Source of the DNA: Spirochaetia bacterium
GTDB taxonomy: Bacteria; Spirochaetota; Spirochaetia; SZUA-6; Bin103
Direction: 5' to 3'
Assembly (NCBI GenBank): GCA_965203055.1
Contig: OZ241863.1
Coordinates: forward strand, 864,001 to 928,000
Length of the DNA stretch: 64,000 bases
Below the pieces are notes generated by a model. The model saw only the letters and a list, made by a program, of their open reading frames with translations. It did no database searches and was not told the origin of the DNA. Position 1 is the first letter of the stretch; each line of letters starts with the position of its first letter. The translations under genes were made by a program, and so were the position numbers. Below are positions 49,642 through 59,017 of the stretch, piece after piece.

Positions 49642-50219
49642 ATTATCTCGTTCATCAGTGTGAACGGCTCTTCCAAGAACGGAGGTTGCGGAGGCCAACT
49701 GACGTTTACCAACGTAGCGAGCAAGTGCCGACGCTGGTAATCGGTGTACTTCCGGTAACTCGACGTGGGAAGATCGTCGTTCTTGGCGAACACGAAGCGC
49801 CAGATGCCTGCAAAGGCGAAGACGTTGACTGCCAGTATGTCGAACTCTCCTTTCAGCAGGCAGGTGGTGGTAACGGCGCTGCCGTCCGGCAACGTGACTT
49901 CCCGACGATCGCTGGCATCGACTTGCGCCTTGCCGGTCCAGCCGTCGTCGGTCCTCCTGATCGTGGCGGTCTGCAGCGACTTGGACTCGAAGATGAAATC
50001 GTGCTCTTTGTAGACAACTATCCGGTCACCCTTCTTCTTTCGGTCATGGTCGTCATGCTTGCCTACATGCGAAATACCTTTACCGGATAACCAGAGTTGT
50101 TCGAGCTTCATCTCGGCCAGATAGCCAATGATCATGCCGCGCAGACTCGGATTCCGGTCGATGACCTTGGTGAGGTCCTCCGCCGTTATGTCCCATCGTT
50201 CAAGTATTGAGTCAGCCAT
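49626..50219 (-). CDS. Putative type II restriction endonuclease
   Basis: 'GYLAE...KGDRIVVY...FESKSLQ' PD-(D/E)XK-like; convergent with and overlapping the methylase; low GC. Confidence 0.7.
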   Translation of the reverse strand: MADSILERWDITAEDLTKVIDRNPSLRGMIIGYLAEMKLEQLWLSGKGISHVGKHDDHDRKKKGDRIVVYKEHDFIFESKSLQTATIRRTDDGWTGKAQVDASDRREVTLPDGSAVTTTCLLKGEFDILAVNVFAFAGIWRFVFAKNDDLPTSSYRKYTDYQRRHLLATLVNVSWPPQPPFLEEPFTLMNEIIQNRI

Positions 50220-50980
50220 GCGTCGTCCGTGGTCAGGGTATCATGGCGTCGAACCGGTACGTCAGCCGTCCGGTCGCCGCTGTTGCAGGTAGCGGCGGCG
50301 CCGTTCGGGGAGAATTTCTCGATGGCGTAGCGGAGCATGGTGCGCGGCATGCGCGCGGCATGGCGATCGAGGAAGCGCTCTTCGACGGCCTGGTCGCGCT
50401 TGCCGACTTCGCGCAGCATCCAGCCGACCGCCTTGTGGATCAGGTCGTGCGGGTGGTCGCGCAGCAGCTCGGCCAGCCGCAGCGTGTCGTCGAACTGGCC
50501 GGCCTCGATGAACCGGAAGGTGGCAAGCACCGCGACCCGCTGGCGCCACAGGCGCCCGGAGCGCGCCAATTCGTAGAGCACTGCGCGGTCGCGGCTCAAC
50601 AGATGGGCGCCCAGGATGTGCGGCGCCGACCCGTCCACCAAGTCCCAACTGTTCACCGCGTCGAGTTGTTGCAGGTAGAAGCCGGCGATCGTCTCCCGCT
50701 CCGCCGGCGCCGCGCGCCGGTAGCGGTCGGCCAGCACGAACAGCCCCGCCTGCCGGTGCTCGTGGCAGGGGCTCGCCAGCACCTCGGCCAGGTCGGGCAG
50801 CGGCAGCTCGCGATGGCGGCGGGCGATCGCGCGCACCTGCGGGACGCGCAGCCCAAGGAAGCGGTCACCTTCACCGTACTCGCCGGGTCCCGTGCGAAAG
50901 AACCGCTGCAGATGCCGCGCCCGCTCGGGATCGGCGGCCCCGTCCAGTTCCGCGCACAGCGAGTGTGCCGCGTTCCTCAT
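50186..50980 (-). CDS. DNA alkylation repair protein (AlkD-like); apparent 1-bp frameshift near the 3' end
   Basis: 'FFRTGPGEYGEGD.FLG', 'NSWDLVD', 'DLIHKAVGWMLREVGK', 'RTMLRYAIEKF'; the expected tail 'PERRRRYL' lies in another frame ending at 50262. Confidence 0.85.
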   Translation of the reverse strand: MRNAAHSLCAELDGAADPERARHLQRFFRTGPGEYGEGDRFLGLRVPQVRAIARRHRELPLPDLAEVLASPCHEHRQAGLFVLADRYRRAAPAERETIAGFYLQQLDAVNSWDLVDGSAPHILGAHLLSRDRAVLYELARSGRLWRQRVAVLATFRFIEAGQFDDTLRLAELLRDHPHDLIHKAVGWMLREVGKRDQAVEERFLDRHAARMPRTMLRYAIEKFSPNGAAATCNSGDRTADVPVRRHDTLTTDDAWLTQYLNDGT

Positions 50981-51267
50981 CGCGATCTCCCTCGACAGGT
51001 TGCACGGCATGACGCAGCGCCGCAAGGCGGAGAATCGAACGCGGCGGCGCCGCGGCGCCTGGGCGGCCGCCCGCGAGATCGGATGTTGGACGCTCCGCGG
51101 GCGAGCGTGGTAGAGTGCCGGCAGCCGGCAGCCGCCTACGCTGCCCGCAATCATACGCCGTTCCTGTTTCCGGCGGCGAGTTCGAGGAGGACTGCTCCAT
51201 GCACCTGACGGATACGCTGGCAGGCAACCGGGACGTGTTCCCGCTGCCGGCGCTGAAACGCATCCTA

Positions 51268-51277
51268 CCCCCCCCCC
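51268..51277 (+). repeat. C10 homopolymer in a short RBS-led ORF (51199-51306)
   Basis: CTA-CCCCCCCCCC-TGA; longest homopolymer noticed in the window. Confidence 0.85.
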
Positions 51278-51464
51278 TGATCGACGAGTACGACAACCTT
51301 ACCTGACGCCTCCCGGCGTTTCGGACGCGGACGCCAATCACGCCTCGCCGACGGCGGCCGCTTCTAGCTCTAGCGCAACTTCCTCTCCACGCTCCACGGC
51401 ACCGGGAACGGCTGCTTGGCACGGCTGTTCGTCACCGGCGGGCCGCCGACCGGCAGGGGTCCGC

Positions 51465-53633
51465 TTGCTCGCGCTGTTGATGGCCGCCGGTATCGCCCTG
51501 CTGGCGTGCACGCAAGCGGCGCGGCCGGCGGCAACGACCGGCTCCGGCGGCGCGGGCGCGGGGACCGGAGGGACCGGCGGCGGCGAGTCACCGGCCGCGC
51601 CGACCCCGACCCCGCAGCCGGCCGAGAAGAGCTGGCCGATCGGTGAAGATGCCTTCGATGACGAGGCGAACCTGGGCGCCACGACGATCCGCTCCGCGCC
51701 GTTTGCCTGGGACGGGATCACCGGCGACAAGGTGCGCGTGTCGATCGGCGGCCACGATCTGCCGTTCACGAGCACCACGAACGAGCCGGTCTTCGCGTCC
51801 GACATCAGCGGTGCGGAGTGGTCGGTTGCCGCCGAAGTCAGCGCGGGATCCATCGTGCTCGTGCTCACCGCCCCGGATCAGTCGGAAGACACCGATTTCG
51901 TCGAGTCGGTCGGTATTACGAACCCGGGCAGCGGCTACACCTCGGTCCCCACCATGTCCTTTTCAGCGGCGCCATCCGGCGGCACCACGGCAACCGGCAC
52001 CGCAGTGGCAAGCGGTCGCGTCGATTCCGTGTCGGTCTCGAATGCCGGCAGCGGCTACGCCTCGGTCCCGACCGTGACCTTCTCGGCGGCGCCGTCCGGC
52101 GGCACCACGGCGACCGGCGCCGTGACGGGCAGCGGCAGCGTCGATTCGGTGACGGTCTCGAACGGGGGGAGCGGCTACACCTCGGCCCCTGCCGTGGCCT
52201 TTTCGGGTGGCGGCGGCAGCGGCGCCGCGGCCACCGCGGCGCGTAGCGGTTTCGTAGATTCGGTGACGGTCACGAACGCCGGCAGCGGCTACACCTCGGC
52301 CCCCACGGTGTCCTTTACGGGTGGTGGGGGCAGCGGCGCCGCCGCCACCACGGCGCTGGACCAAGAGGTAGGGCCGGTAACGGTCACGGACGCCGGCAGC
52401 GGCTACACCTCGGTCCCTACGGTGTCGTTTTCGGGCGGCGGCGGCAGCGGCGCCGCCGCCACTGCGATCGGGCCGCTTGGGGTCGATTCGGTGACGGTCA
52501 CGAACGTCGGCGGCAGCTACACCTCGGTCCCTGCGGTGTCGTTTTCGGGTGGCGGCGGCAGCGGGGCCGCCGCTACTGCGATCGGGCCGCTTGGAGTCAA
52601 TTCCGTGTCCGTCTCGGCCGCCGGCAGCGGCTACACCTCGGCCCCCACCGTGGCCTTTTCGGCAGCGCCGTCCGGCGGCTTCACGGCGACCGGCACCGCG
52701 TCAGTGGTGAGCGGGCAGGTCGTGGGAGTGATCCTCTCGAACGTGGGGAGCGGCTACACCTCGGCCCCCACCGTGACCTTCTCGGGCGGCGGCGGCAGCG
52801 GCGCCGCCGCCACCGCAACGCTGCGTACCACCAGTGGCGTCCTCTCGGTGTCGGTCACGACCGCCGGCAGCGGCTACACGTCGGCCCCCGCCGTGGCGTT
52901 TTCGGGCGGCGGCGGCAGCGGAGCCAGCGCCACCGCGGCGCTGCGCACTACCAGCGGCATCGACGGAGTGACGGTCACGAACGGCGGCACCGGTTACGCG
53001 TCGGCCCCCACCGTGGCGTTTTCGGGCGGCGGCGGCAGCGGGGCCAGCGCCACCGCCGCGCTGAGCGTTACCAGTCGCATCGCCGGAGTAACGGTCACGA
53101 CCGCCGGCAGCGGCTACACCTCGGCCCCCACCGTGGCCTTTTCGGCAGCGCCGTCCGGCGGCACCACCGCCGCCGGCACCGCGGCGCTGGACTACGAGGT
53201 AGGGACAGTGACGGTCACGACCGCCGGCAGCGGCTACGCGTCGGCGCCCGCGGTGTCCTTTTCGGGCGGCGGCGGCAGCGGGGCCGTCGCCGCCGCGGTC
53301 ATGGACTACGGGGTCGGACCGGTGGCGGTCACGAACCCGGGGAGCGGCTACGCGTCGGCGCCGACGGTGACCTTTTCAGCCGCGCCGTCCGGCGGCACTA
53401 CGGCCGTGGGCAGCGCGGTCATGGACTACCGGGTACGGTCGGTGCGGATCACGAACCGGGGGAGCGGCTACGCGTCGGCGCCCACCGTGACCTTTTCGCC
53501 GGCGCCGGCCGGCGGCACCACCGCGACCGGCATCGCAACGCTGGCGAAGAGCGGCAACGATCAGAGCCAGAACCTGTATTGGGCGCGCCAAACGCTGGCA
53601 GGCAAGCAGCTTCTGGTGCAGGTAGGGGAGTGA
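51465..53633 (+). CDS. Surface lipoprotein with 14 [12 protein letters not shown] repeats
   Basis: Lipobox-like 'IALLAC', Pro/Gly tether, ~38-41 aa repeats '[19 protein letters not shown](GGGG/AAP)SG..ATA'; start uncertain. Confidence 0.85.
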   Translation: MLALLMAAGIALLACTQAARPAATTGSGGAGAGTGGTGGGESPAAPTPTPQPAEKSWPIGEDAFDDEANLGATTIRSAPFAWDGITGDKVRVSIGGHDLPFTSTTNEPVFASDISGAEWSVAAEVSAGSIVLVLTAPDQSEDTDFVESVGITNPGSGYTSVPTMSFSAAPSGGTTATGTAVASGRVDSVSVSNAGSGYASVPTVTFSAAPSGGTTATGAVTGSGSVDSVTVSNGGSGYTSAPAVAFSGGGGSGAAATAARSGFVDSVTVTNAGSGYTSAPTVSFTGGGGSGAAATTALDQEVGPVTVTDAGSGYTSVPTVSFSGGGGSGAAATAIGPLGVDSVTVTNVGGSYTSVPAVSFSGGGGSGAAATAIGPLGVNSVSVSAAGSGYTSAPTVAFSAAPSGGFTATGTASVVSGQVVGVILSNVGSGYTSAPTVTFSGGGGSGAAATATLRTTSGVLSVSVTTAGSGYTSAPAVAFSGGGGSGASATAALRTTSGIDGVTVTNGGTGYASAPTVAFSGGGGSGASATAALSVTSRIAGVTVTTAGSGYTSAPTVAFSAAPSGGTTAAGTAALDYEVGTVTVTTAGSGYASAPAVSFSGGGGSGAVAAAVMDYGVGPVAVTNPGSGYASAPTVTFSAAPSGGTTAVGSAVMDYRVRSVRITNRGSGYASAPTVTFSPAPAGGTTATGIATLAKSGNDQSQNLYWARQTLAGKQLLVQVGE

Positions 53634-53636
53634 TGA

Positions 53637-55610
53637 ATGGTACCTCCCCCATGCAGGACGCTTCCGGCGCTGTTGCTGGCCGCCGGTATCGCCGCCCTGA
53701 TGGCGTGCGCGCCGGCGGCGCGTCCGTCCGCCGCGACTGCCGGCCCGGCCAACGGGGGAGCGGGGGAGCCAGGAGGTAAGCTACCACCGAGCGAGCCGCC
53801 GCCAACCCCGCAGCCGGCGGAGAAGCGCTGGACGATCAGCGCGGCTGACTTTGGTGACGGCGCGAACCTGTTGAGCGAAACGTCCAACCGTTCCGCGCCG
53901 TATGCCTGGGAGCGGATCACCGGCGAGGAGGTGCGCGTTTCGATTGGCGGAAACGAGCTGCCGTTCACGAGCACGAGCGCCAAGCCGGTCTTCGCGTCCG
54001 ATCTCTCCGGCGCGGAGTGGACGGTTGCCGCCGAGGTGCGGGCGGGGGCAGTGGAGCTGGTCCTCACCGCCCCGGATCAGTCGGGCGCCGCCGACACGGT
54101 TGAGTCGGTGACGATCACGAACCCGGGGCGCGGCTACACGGCGGACCCGACCGTGACCTTTGCGGCGCCGCCGTCCGGCGGCACCACGGCAACCGGCACT
54201 GCGGCGAGGTCCGGCTACGTCGATTCGGTGACGATTACGACCGCGGGGGACGGCTACCCGGCGGTTCCGACCGTGACGTTCGGGGCGCCGCCGTCCGGCG
54301 GCACTACGGCGAGCGGCGCCCCGGTGGGGTCCGGCTACGTCGATTCGGTGACGATTACGACCGCGGGGAGCGGTTACCCGGCGGTCCCCGCGGTGACGTT
54401 TTCGGCGGCGCCGTCCGGCGGCGCCACGGCAACCGGCTCCGCGTTGGGGTCCCGGCACGTCGATTCCGTGACGATCGGGACCGCCGGGAGCGGCTACCCG
54501 TCGGTCCCCACCGTGACCTTTTCGGGCGGAGGGGGCAGTGGCGCGGCCGGCACCGCGGTGCTGCAAAGCGGCGTAGCGTCGGTGACGCTCACGAACCGGG
54601 GGGCCTTCTATACCTCTGACCCAACCGTGACGTTTGGCGCTCCGCCGCCCGGCGGCACCACCGCGACCGGCACCGCAACGCGACGATCAGAAGTATGGAC
54701 CGTGTCGATGACGAACGGGGGGAGCGGTTACACCTCCGCTCCAACCGTGACGATTGGCGCTCCCCCGTCCGGTGGCACCCGGGCAACCGGCACCGCGGTG
54801 ATCAGTGGCGGTCAAGTGACTTCCGTCACCATCACGAACGGGGGGCGCGGCTACACCTCTGTCCCTTCGGTGACGTTTTCGGGAGGAGGAGGCAGCGGTG
54901 CGGCCGGCAGCGCGCAGGTGGGAACTGACCAACTGGATGGCGTGACGCTCGCGAATCCGGGGAGCGGCTACACGTCTGCCCCTTCCGTAACGTTTTCGGC
55001 CTCGTCGCTCCCCTCTCATACGGCCGCCGGCACCGCGGTGCTGCAAAGCGGCGTAGCGTCGGTGACGCTCACGAACGGAGGGAGCGGCTATACTTCGGCC
55101 CCGACCGTGACCTTTGCGGCAGCGCCAAGCGGCGGCGCCACGGCAGCCGGCACCGCGGTGCTGCGCTACGGCGTAGCGGAGGTGACGGTTACGGACGGAG
55201 GGAGCGGCTACACTTCGGCCCCGACCGTGACCTTTGCGGCGGCGCCGAGCGGCGGCGCCACGGCCGCCGGTACCGCGGTGCTGCGCTACGGCGTAGCGGA
55301 GGTGACGGTCACGGACGGAGGGAGCGGCTACACTTCGGCTCCGACCGTGACCTTTGCGGCGGCGCCGAGCGGCGGCACCACGGCCGCCGGCACCGCGGTG
55401 CTGCGCTACGGCGTAACGTCGGTGAGGGTCACGAACGGAGGGAGCGGTTACACCGCGGTCCCGACCGTGACGTTTTCGGCGCCGGCCAGCGGTACCCGTG
55501 CGACCGGCACGGCAAAGCTGGCCGAGGGCGGCTACGATCAATACCAGAACCTGTATTGGGCGCGCCAAACACTGGCAGGCAAGCAGCTTCTGGTGCAGTT
55601 GGCGGATTAG
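53637..55610 (+). CDS. Paralogous surface lipoprotein with 12 [12 protein letters not shown] repeats
   Basis: Lipobox-like 'IAALMAC'; same N-terminal domain and identical C-terminal '[18 protein letters not shown]'. Confidence 0.87.
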   Translation: MVPPPCRTLPALLLAAGIAALMACAPAARPSAATAGPANGGAGEPGGKLPPSEPPPTPQPAEKRWTISAADFGDGANLLSETSNRSAPYAWERITGEEVRVSIGGNELPFTSTSAKPVFASDLSGAEWTVAAEVRAGAVELVLTAPDQSGAADTVESVTITNPGRGYTADPTVTFAAPPSGGTTATGTAARSGYVDSVTITTAGDGYPAVPTVTFGAPPSGGTTASGAPVGSGYVDSVTITTAGSGYPAVPAVTFSAAPSGGATATGSALGSRHVDSVTIGTAGSGYPSVPTVTFSGGGGSGAAGTAVLQSGVASVTLTNRGAFYTSDPTVTFGAPPPGGTTATGTATRRSEVWTVSMTNGGSGYTSAPTVTIGAPPSGGTRATGTAVISGGQVTSVTITNGGRGYTSVPSVTFSGGGGSGAAGSAQVGTDQLDGVTLANPGSGYTSAPSVTFSASSLPSHTAAGTAVLQSGVASVTLTNGGSGYTSAPTVTFAAAPSGGATAAGTAVLRYGVAEVTVTDGGSGYTSAPTVTFAAAPSGGATAAGTAVLRYGVAEVTVTDGGSGYTSAPTVTFAAAPSGGTTAAGTAVLRYGVTSVRVTNGGSGYTAVPTVTFSAPASGTRATGTAKLAEGGYDQYQNLYWARQTLAGKQLLVQLAD

Positions 55611-55657
55611 CCACGCGGTCCGCAGCGGGCAGGGCCACGCGTGGCGCGGCCTTCCGG

Positions 55658-55686
55658 TTGCCCTTTCCGTGAGTCTGCGGTAGCCT
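55658..55686 (+). promoter_or_regulatory. Candidate sigma70 promoter of the peptide-type ABC operon
   Basis: TTGCCC-17 nt-TAGCCT. Confidence 0.4.
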
Positions 55687-55879
55687 GCCGCTCATTGCCT
55701 GGAGGCCGTACCGGTGGCCGCCTTCCCGGGCTTCCCGGGGCGCCGCCCGCGGCCGCGGTTCCGAGCGGGGCACTGAGTGCCGGTGCCGCAGCCGGCGGTG
55801 CCGCGGCCGGCGGAGCCGGCCGGTCGAGCGGCACGCGGGTCTGCAGGCGCATCTTTCATTCCTCCAAGGGGGTGTTCAC

Positions 55880-57946
55880 ATGAGGAACCGAGTGCTCGCG
55901 CTCACCTGCTGGGCGCTGGGAATCGCGCTGGCGGCAAGCCCGCTGTACGCGGGCGGTACCGAAGAGGGAACGCAGGGCGGCGAGGCCGCCGCCATGGCCG
56001 CGACCGGCAGCGACATCGTCAAGGTGGTGGGCCGCTACACCGTGCGGGAGAGCTGGCTCAACCCGCCGACCGCGTCGCAGGTCGGCATCACCAGCTTCCG
56101 GGAGGCGCCGATGCTCGCCGCCATGGTGCAGGCCGGAGACCTGCCGCCGGTGGAGGATCGGCTGCCCGACGATCCGCTGGTGCTGGAGCCCTATGCGGAG
56201 GTGGGCAAGTACGGCGGCGAGCTGCGCGTGGCGCGCACCGGTCCCGGGGACTACGGCGACATGCACCGCGGAGCCAAGACCTTCCTGTTCCGCGCCGACC
56301 CGACGCTGAACGAAATCATCCCCTACGGCGCCAAGGGCTACGAGCTGTCCGCCGACCGCACCGTGCTCACCCTCTACCTGCGCGAGGGGATGAAGTGGTC
56401 GGACGGCATGCCGTTCACCACCGCCGACTTCATGTGGGTGTACGACAACCTGTTCCAGAATCCGGAGATTCCCAGCCAGCGCATCCGCTGGTCGCTGGGC
56501 GGTGAGCTGTCCAAGTGGGAGGCGGTCGACGACTACACGCTGCGCATGACCTATTCCGCGCCGCTGACGCCGACCTACCTGATCCCGCTGCTGAACTTCC
56601 ACCGCACCCGGCAGGGCAACATCTACACGCCCGTGCACTATGTCGAGCAGTTCCACGCCGACTTCAATCCGAAGGCCGAGGAGCTCGCCAAGGCGGAAGG
56701 ATTCGAAAACTGGATCGCTCACCTGAGCGCCCGCATGTCGACCGCGCCTACGGAGCCGTATCCGCAGCCGAAGCTGGCCGCGTGGGTGATGGAGAGCCGC
56801 GACTCGACCGGCAAGTTCAGCATGCGCAATCCCTACTTCTTCGCGGTGGACAGCGCCGGCAACCAGCTTCCCTACATCGATAGCCTGCGGGCGGTCTACT
56901 TCGCCGACAAGCAGGTGGCGATTCTGAACATGATGCAGGGCAAGGTGGACGTCGGCGGGCGCCTGATGGATCCCAGCAGCTTCGCCCTGTACAAGCAGAA
57001 CGAAGAGGTGGGCGGCTACAACTTGCGCGAATGGCAGGACACCAAGACCAGCCGCGTCATCTTCATGTCGAACATGAACCATCCCGATCCGGTCAAGGGG
57101 CCGGTCATCACTGACAAGCGGTTCCGGCAGGCGCTGTCGCTGGCGCTCAACCGGCCCGAGATCAACGAGTTCGTGTTCCTCGGTCTGGCCACGCCGGCGC
57201 AGTACACGGTCGATCCGGGCGCGGCGTTCTACGACGAGGCGTGGGCCCGGTCGTACGCCGATTACGACCCGGAAGGGGCCAAGGCCAAGCTGGACGAGAT
57301 GGGCATGACCGACCGTGACGGCGACGGCTGGCGCGAGGCGCCCGGCGGCGAGGAGTTCATCCTCAACATGCGCCCGCACACCAGCTCGGTGCTCGGCACC
57401 ATGGGCGACAACATCGCCGAGCTGACGCGCACCTACTGGGAGGAGATCGGCATCCGAATCAACTTCAAGCAGATCGCCCAGGAGTTGCAGTGGGAGCTCC
57501 TGCAGGCCAACGAACTGGACATTCTGGTCTGGGTCTCCGAGAATTACATGCCGAGCCGGCTGTCGTCGCCGCCGCCGTTCGGCCTCGACGTGATCATGTA
57601 CTCCACCGAGTGGCGCAAGTGGTACGCGCATCAGCGCTGGGTGGACGGCGGCCGCCAGGGCGACGAGCCGGTTATGGGCACCGAGCCGCCGGCCGAGTGG
57701 AAGCAGTGGCTGGACGACTGGCACGCCTGGGTCGATGCCCCGAACGCCGAGGAGTTCAACCGTCTCGGCGCCAGGGTGTGGGCGTTCCAGGCGGAGCAGC
57801 TGCCGGTCATCGGCACGGTGGCCAAGGCGGTGCGGCCGATCATCATCAACAACCGCATCAACAACGTGCCGGACGTGCTGCCGTTCTCGTTCGAGAGCTT
57901 CCTCTGGGTGCAGACCCTGCCGGCGCAGTGGTACATCGACGAGTAG
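55880..57946 (+). CDS. ABC solute-binding protein, family 5
   Basis: Signal peptide; 'GDLPPVEDRLP', 'LREGMKWSDGMPFTTAD', 'RNPYFFAVD..GNQLPYID'; paralog of 6009-7985. Confidence 0.93.
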   Translation: MRNRVLALTCWALGIALAASPLYAGGTEEGTQGGEAAAMAATGSDIVKVVGRYTVRESWLNPPTASQVGITSFREAPMLAAMVQAGDLPPVEDRLPDDPLVLEPYAEVGKYGGELRVARTGPGDYGDMHRGAKTFLFRADPTLNEIIPYGAKGYELSADRTVLTLYLREGMKWSDGMPFTTADFMWVYDNLFQNPEIPSQRIRWSLGGELSKWEAVDDYTLRMTYSAPLTPTYLIPLLNFHRTRQGNIYTPVHYVEQFHADFNPKAEELAKAEGFENWIAHLSARMSTAPTEPYPQPKLAAWVMESRDSTGKFSMRNPYFFAVDSAGNQLPYIDSLRAVYFADKQVAILNMMQGKVDVGGRLMDPSSFALYKQNEEVGGYNLREWQDTKTSRVIFMSNMNHPDPVKGPVITDKRFRQALSLALNRPEINEFVFLGLATPAQYTVDPGAAFYDEAWARSYADYDPEGAKAKLDEMGMTDRDGDGWREAPGGEEFILNMRPHTSSVLGTMGDNIAELTRTYWEEIGIRINFKQIAQELQWELLQANELDILVWVSENYMPSRLSSPPPFGLDVIMYSTEWRKWYAHQRWVDGGRQGDEPVMGTEPPAEWKQWLDDWHAWVDAPNAEEFNRLGARVWAFQAEQLPVIGTVAKAVRPIIINNRINNVPDVLPFSFESFLWVQTLPAQWYIDE

Positions 57947-57972
57947 TCACCGTCCAGGGATAAGGAATTGCA

Positions 57973-58004
57973 GGCGGCGCCTCCCCGGCGCGGGAGGCGC
58001 CGCC
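57973..58004 (+). terminator. GC-rich stem-loop between the SBP and permease genes (attenuator or mRNA stabiliser)
   Basis: GGCGGCGCCTCCC-cggcgc-GGGAGGCGCCGCC, perfect 13-bp stem, no U-tract. Confidence 0.7.
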
Positions 58005-58017
58005 GTGAGAGAGCACG

Positions 58018-59013
58018 ATGGTCGACTATCTGATCCGCCGCTTCATGAACATGCTGCTGGCGCTGGTGGTGATCTCCTTCCTGTCGTTCGTGATCATCCA
58101 GTTGCCGCCGGGAGACTTCCTGACCAGCTACATCACCCGCCTGCGCGCCCAGGGCGAGGCGGTGAGCGAGGAGATGGTGGCGAGCCTGTCCCTGCAATAC
58201 GGGCTGGACAAGTCGTTCCTGGGCCAGTACTGGTCGTGGATCACCAACTTCGTGCAGGGCGACATGGGGCAGTCGTTCCGCTACCAGACCCCGGTCAACG
58301 AGCTGGTGTGGGAGCGGATCGGGCTGACCTTCGTCATCTCCCTTTCGTCGCTGCTGTTCATCTGGATCGTGGCCTTCCCGGTGGGCATCTACGTGGCGGT
58401 GCGCCAGTATTCGCCGGGCGATTACGCGGCCACCTTCTTCAGCTTCATCGGGCTGGCGGTTCCCAACTTCATGCTGGCGCTGGTGCTGATGTACGTGAGC
58501 TTCCGCTACTTCCGGATTGACGTTGGCGGCCTGTTCTCGCTGGAGTATCAGGACGCGCCGTGGTCGTTCGGCAAGCTGCTCGATCTGCTCGGCCACCTGT
58601 GGATTCCCACCGTCGTGCTCGGTTCGGCCGGCACCGCCGGCCTGGTGCGCATCATGCGCGCCAACCTGCTCGACGAGCTGCGCAAGCTGTACGTGATCAC
58701 GGCGCGGGCGAAGGGTCTGGCGGAGAATCGGATCGTCATGAAGTATCCGGTGCGGGTGGCGCTCAACCCGTTCATCAGTACGGTCGGCTGGACCCTGCCG
58801 CAACTGATTTCCGGCGCCACCATCACCGCGGTGGTGCTCAACCTGCCCACGACGGGGCCGCTGCTGATCGACGCGCTGTTGGCGCAGGACATGTTCCTGG
58901 CCGGCAGCTTCATCATGCTGCTGAGCATCCTCACCGTCATCGGCACGCTGATATCGGACCTGCTGCTGATCGTCGTCGACCCGCGCATCCGGTTCGAGAG
59001 GAAGACGGGCTGA
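58018..59013 (+). CDS. Peptide-type ABC permease (DppB/OppB-like)
   Basis: 'IIQLPPGD', 'GDMGQSF', 'YVITARAKGL', 'DPRIR'. Confidence 0.94.
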   Translation: MVDYLIRRFMNMLLALVVISFLSFVIIQLPPGDFLTSYITRLRAQGEAVSEEMVASLSLQYGLDKSFLGQYWSWITNFVQGDMGQSFRYQTPVNELVWERIGLTFVISLSSLLFIWIVAFPVGIYVAVRQYSPGDYAATFFSFIGLAVPNFMLALVLMYVSFRYFRIDVGGLFSLEYQDAPWSFGKLLDLLGHLWIPTVVLGSAGTAGLVRIMRANLLDELRKLYVITARAKGLAENRIVMKYPVRVALNPFISTVGWTLPQLISGATITAVVLNLPTTGPLLIDALLAQDMFLAGSFIMLLSILTVIGTLISDLLLIVVDPRIRFERKTG

Positions 59014-59017
59014 GCGG

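Noticed and set aside
51897..55520. Regular repeats as a CRISPR array or DGR template/variable repeat
   Set aside because: Repeats are in-frame coding units of ~114-123 bp with no unique spacers, no cas or reverse transcriptase gene, and no adenine-specific differences noticed.
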